From: Anaerolineae bacterium
Lineage (GTDB): Bacteria > Chloroflexota > Anaerolineae > E26-bin7
DNA: 64,000 bases
Direction: 5' to 3'
NCBI GenBank assembly: GCA_041862415.1
Contig: JBGVTF010000248.1
Coordinates: forward strand, 3,690-67,689
The position numbers were made by a program, and so were the translations under genes. This document shows, one piece after another, positions 62,235 to 64,000 of this stretch. The stretch's first letter is position 1. Each line of letters starts with the position of its first letter. The notes under the pieces were generated by a model. That model worked only from the letters and a program-made list of their open reading frames with translations, made no database searches and was not told where the DNA came from.

Positions 62235-63782
62235 CTATGGAACGCCGGTCGAAAACGGCTTGCCGTCCTGGTGGCAGAGGATTTGCACCACGTGGCGGCC
62301 CGAATAGAGACACGGAGGAACACCACCGCCCGGCGTCACCCACTGGCCGGCCATGTAAAAGTTGGCCAGGCCGGGTAGGGTCCTTTTCACCCGCGTATTG
62401 ATCACTTCCGGAGTTGGCAGCCAACCCATGTAGGCCCCTTGGTAATTCCGGGTGTAGCGCCAGGCAGTGTAGGGCGTGGCCACGTCGGTCATCTCCACCT
62501 GCGACGAGAGGCCGGGGTAGTATGCTTCCAGCCGCGCCAGCACTTCTGTCGCCACTCGCTCCTTCTCGGCCTCGTAGCGCGGCCGGTCCTTTTGCATCTC
62601 GTTCCAAAAGTCCCACTCCGTCTCGAACGAGACCTGAACCACCGTCTTGCCCGGCGGGGCAAACCTGGGGCTGTAGTTGAAGAGGCGCAATATGAGCCCG
62701 TCAATGGTCTGGTTGCCTGCGGTGAAGGGGCGCTCTAGCTTGATGATACTCAGCCATGGTTCACCTTTGAATTCACGGGCCACCCCGAAACTGACCATGA
62801 CCAGGGGGCGAATCAGTTTCCAATTCTTGTATCGGTTCTCGATCTTTTCGTCCACGTAGCGCCCGCTCAGCATCTTGAAGATGGTGCTGCAGCCATCGGC
62901 GGCAGAGACCACGACGTCGGCACGGTGCTGGCTGCCATCGGCCAGGCGCACGCCCACGGCGCGGTCATCCCTTCGGCTTCCCCTTCGGCTGCGCTCAGGG
63001 GATGGCTCAGGGCAGGCTTCCACCAGGATCTCCTCGACGGTGGCCTTGTAAGTCACCCGCCCGCCCAGTTCCTTGTAGCGTTTCTCGATAGGCAAGACAA
63101 AGTTGAGCGATCCGCCTTCCAGCAGCCCCATTTGCCCGTCTGCCAGCAGTCCCAGAACCATGAAGATCAACCAGACCGGCACCTCTGGCAGGAACAGGTT
63201 CCTGATACACTCACGCAGCCAGGGGTCATGAATGTCTCGCGCATAGTCGGCGACGGACCTGGCGTACTTGCCGGTGAAGTATTTGAACACCCGGCGCATT
63301 CCCCACATTTCCTTGAGTTGGTCCAGGGGGCCTATCAACTCGGGAGGCTTGCTCATCCCTACCTCGCTCATGTCGAGCCCCTGCATGGCGCGGGCGCCGG
63401 CGATCAACTCGTCAATGACCTGGGCATCGGCCGGTGAGAGTACCCTCAAGTCACGGGCCAGGCGGTCCAGGTCTTGGGTGACCTCCATGCTGTGCCCGCT
63501 GGCTTCGTCAATGAAGCGGCCGTAAGTGGTCAGGTCGAGGAAGCGGTTGGCCTGGGCGGTGCCCAGTTCGCGGTACACCTCGTGGAGCGCTGTGCCTGGC
63601 TTGTGACTCATGATAAAGTGGATACCACCGTCAATGGTATAACCCTTGCGTTTCCAGGTGGCTGCCACCCCGCCGGGCACGGTATGGTGCTCGAAGATGT
63701 GGCTTTGATAGCCGTTCATCTGGGCGTAGCAGCCAGTGGAAAGACCGGCCAGTCCGGCTCCAATGATGATCATGGATTTCAC
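62235..63782 (-). CDS. CrtI/phytoene-desaturase-family FAD-dependent oxidoreductase
   Basis: Contains MIIIGAGLAGLSTG, HTVPGGVAATW and C-terminal FYMAGQWVTPGGGVP. It carries an in-frame REP-derived insertion (see findings). Confidence 0.85.
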   Translation of the reverse strand: MKSMIIIGAGLAGLSTGCYAQMNGYQSHIFEHHTVPGGVAATWKRKGYTIDGGIHFIMSHKPGTALHEVYRELGTAQANRFLDLTTYGRFIDEASGHSMEVTQDLDRLARDLRVLSPADAQVIDELIAGARAMQGLDMSEVGMSKPPELIGPLDQLKEMWGMRRVFKYFTGKYARSVADYARDIHDPWLRECIRNLFLPEVPVWLIFMVLGLLADGQMGLLEGGSLNFVLPIEKRYKELGGRVTYKATVEEILVEACPEPSPERSRRGSRRDDRAVGVRLADGSQHRADVVVSAADGCSTIFKMLSGRYVDEKIENRYKNWKLIRPLVMVSFGVAREFKGEPWLSIIKLERPFTAGNQTIDGLILRLFNYSPRFAPPGKTVVQVSFETEWDFWNEMQKDRPRYEAEKERVATEVLARLEAYYPGLSSQVEMTDVATPYTAWRYTRNYQGAYMGWLPTPEVINTRVKRTLPGLANFYMAGQWVTPGGGVPPCLYSGRHVVQILCHQDGKPFSTGVP

Positions 63783-63804
63783 AAGTAGGATCCCCCGAGA
63801 GGCG

Positions 63805-63999
63805 TCAGCGTTTCAGCAGGCGAATGATCACGTTCAAAACGATGGTCAACAAGATGCTCAGGACGATGGAAGTGACGATGGGGAAGTAGCAAGAGAATCC
63901 TTCGCGCTGGATGGCGATGTCACCAGGCAGACGGCCCACGTAAGGAATCTTGCCGGCGAAGGTCAGGATCAACCCGATGACGAAAATGAGCCCTCCCAG
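63805..63999 (-). CDS. DUF2905-family small membrane protein, 5' end outside window
   Basis: It is not in the ORF track because there is no start inside the window. The minus-strand translation is LGGLIFVIGLILTFAGKIPYVGRLPGDIAIQREGFSCYFPIVTSIVLSILLTIVLNVIIRLLKR*, with its stop at 63805-63807. Confidence 0.7.
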   Translation of the reverse strand: MGGLIFVIGLILTFAGKIPYVGRLPGDIAIQREGFSCYFPIVTSIVLSILLTIVLNVIIRLLKR

Positions 64000-64000
64000 A

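Overview
This is a high-GC (~60%) bacterial chromosomal window. Gene style suggests a Chloroflexota-like organism, which is inference only: membrane proteins are built as TM helix + Pro/Thr linker + globular domain, REP-like hairpin repeats are dense, and GT-C/DUF2723 enzymes are present. Core genes are dnaX-ybaB-recR (-), glmS behind an unusually long glmS ribozyme (+), scpA, asnS, lon, and a trmD-rplS-rnhB-rsmI-pgi/pmi string (-). There are three accessory blocks. (i) A low-GC scar region downstream of glmS (12.5-15.5 kb) holds a relic second glmS 3' end, a truncated Hint-like gene, a 59-nt direct-repeat pair and an antitoxin plus frameshifted PIN toxin. (ii) A ~9-kb ArsR-headed thiol/lipoyl redox cluster (21.0-30.3 kb) encodes a Zn-ribbon protein, Lpd, a GcvH-like protein, 2x DGC, OsmC, 2x Trx-like, a Trx-CcdA fusion, an Fe-S protein and an ACR3 exporter. 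It also encodes a small protein that the ORF track splits and that reads as a tandem-UGA (Sec-Sec) selenoprotein with a SECIS-like hairpin. (iii) A second ArsR-headed cluster next to moeA (32.8-37.8 kb) encodes XdhC, a relic CoxM, an AbrB-radical SAM/SPASM enzyme, a 48-aa peptide, a CxxT glutaredoxin-like protein, a CC-motif protein and a MOT1-type transporter. Several genes are decayed by frameshifts or truncation. Two repeat families sit in frame inside enzymes, and one MITE-like element has a clear target-site duplication. The best candidates for undescribed biology are the Sec-Sec protein and the two ArsR-linked clusters, which share otherwise unannotated modules. No rRNA, tRNA, CRISPR array, transposase or integrase gene was recognised.
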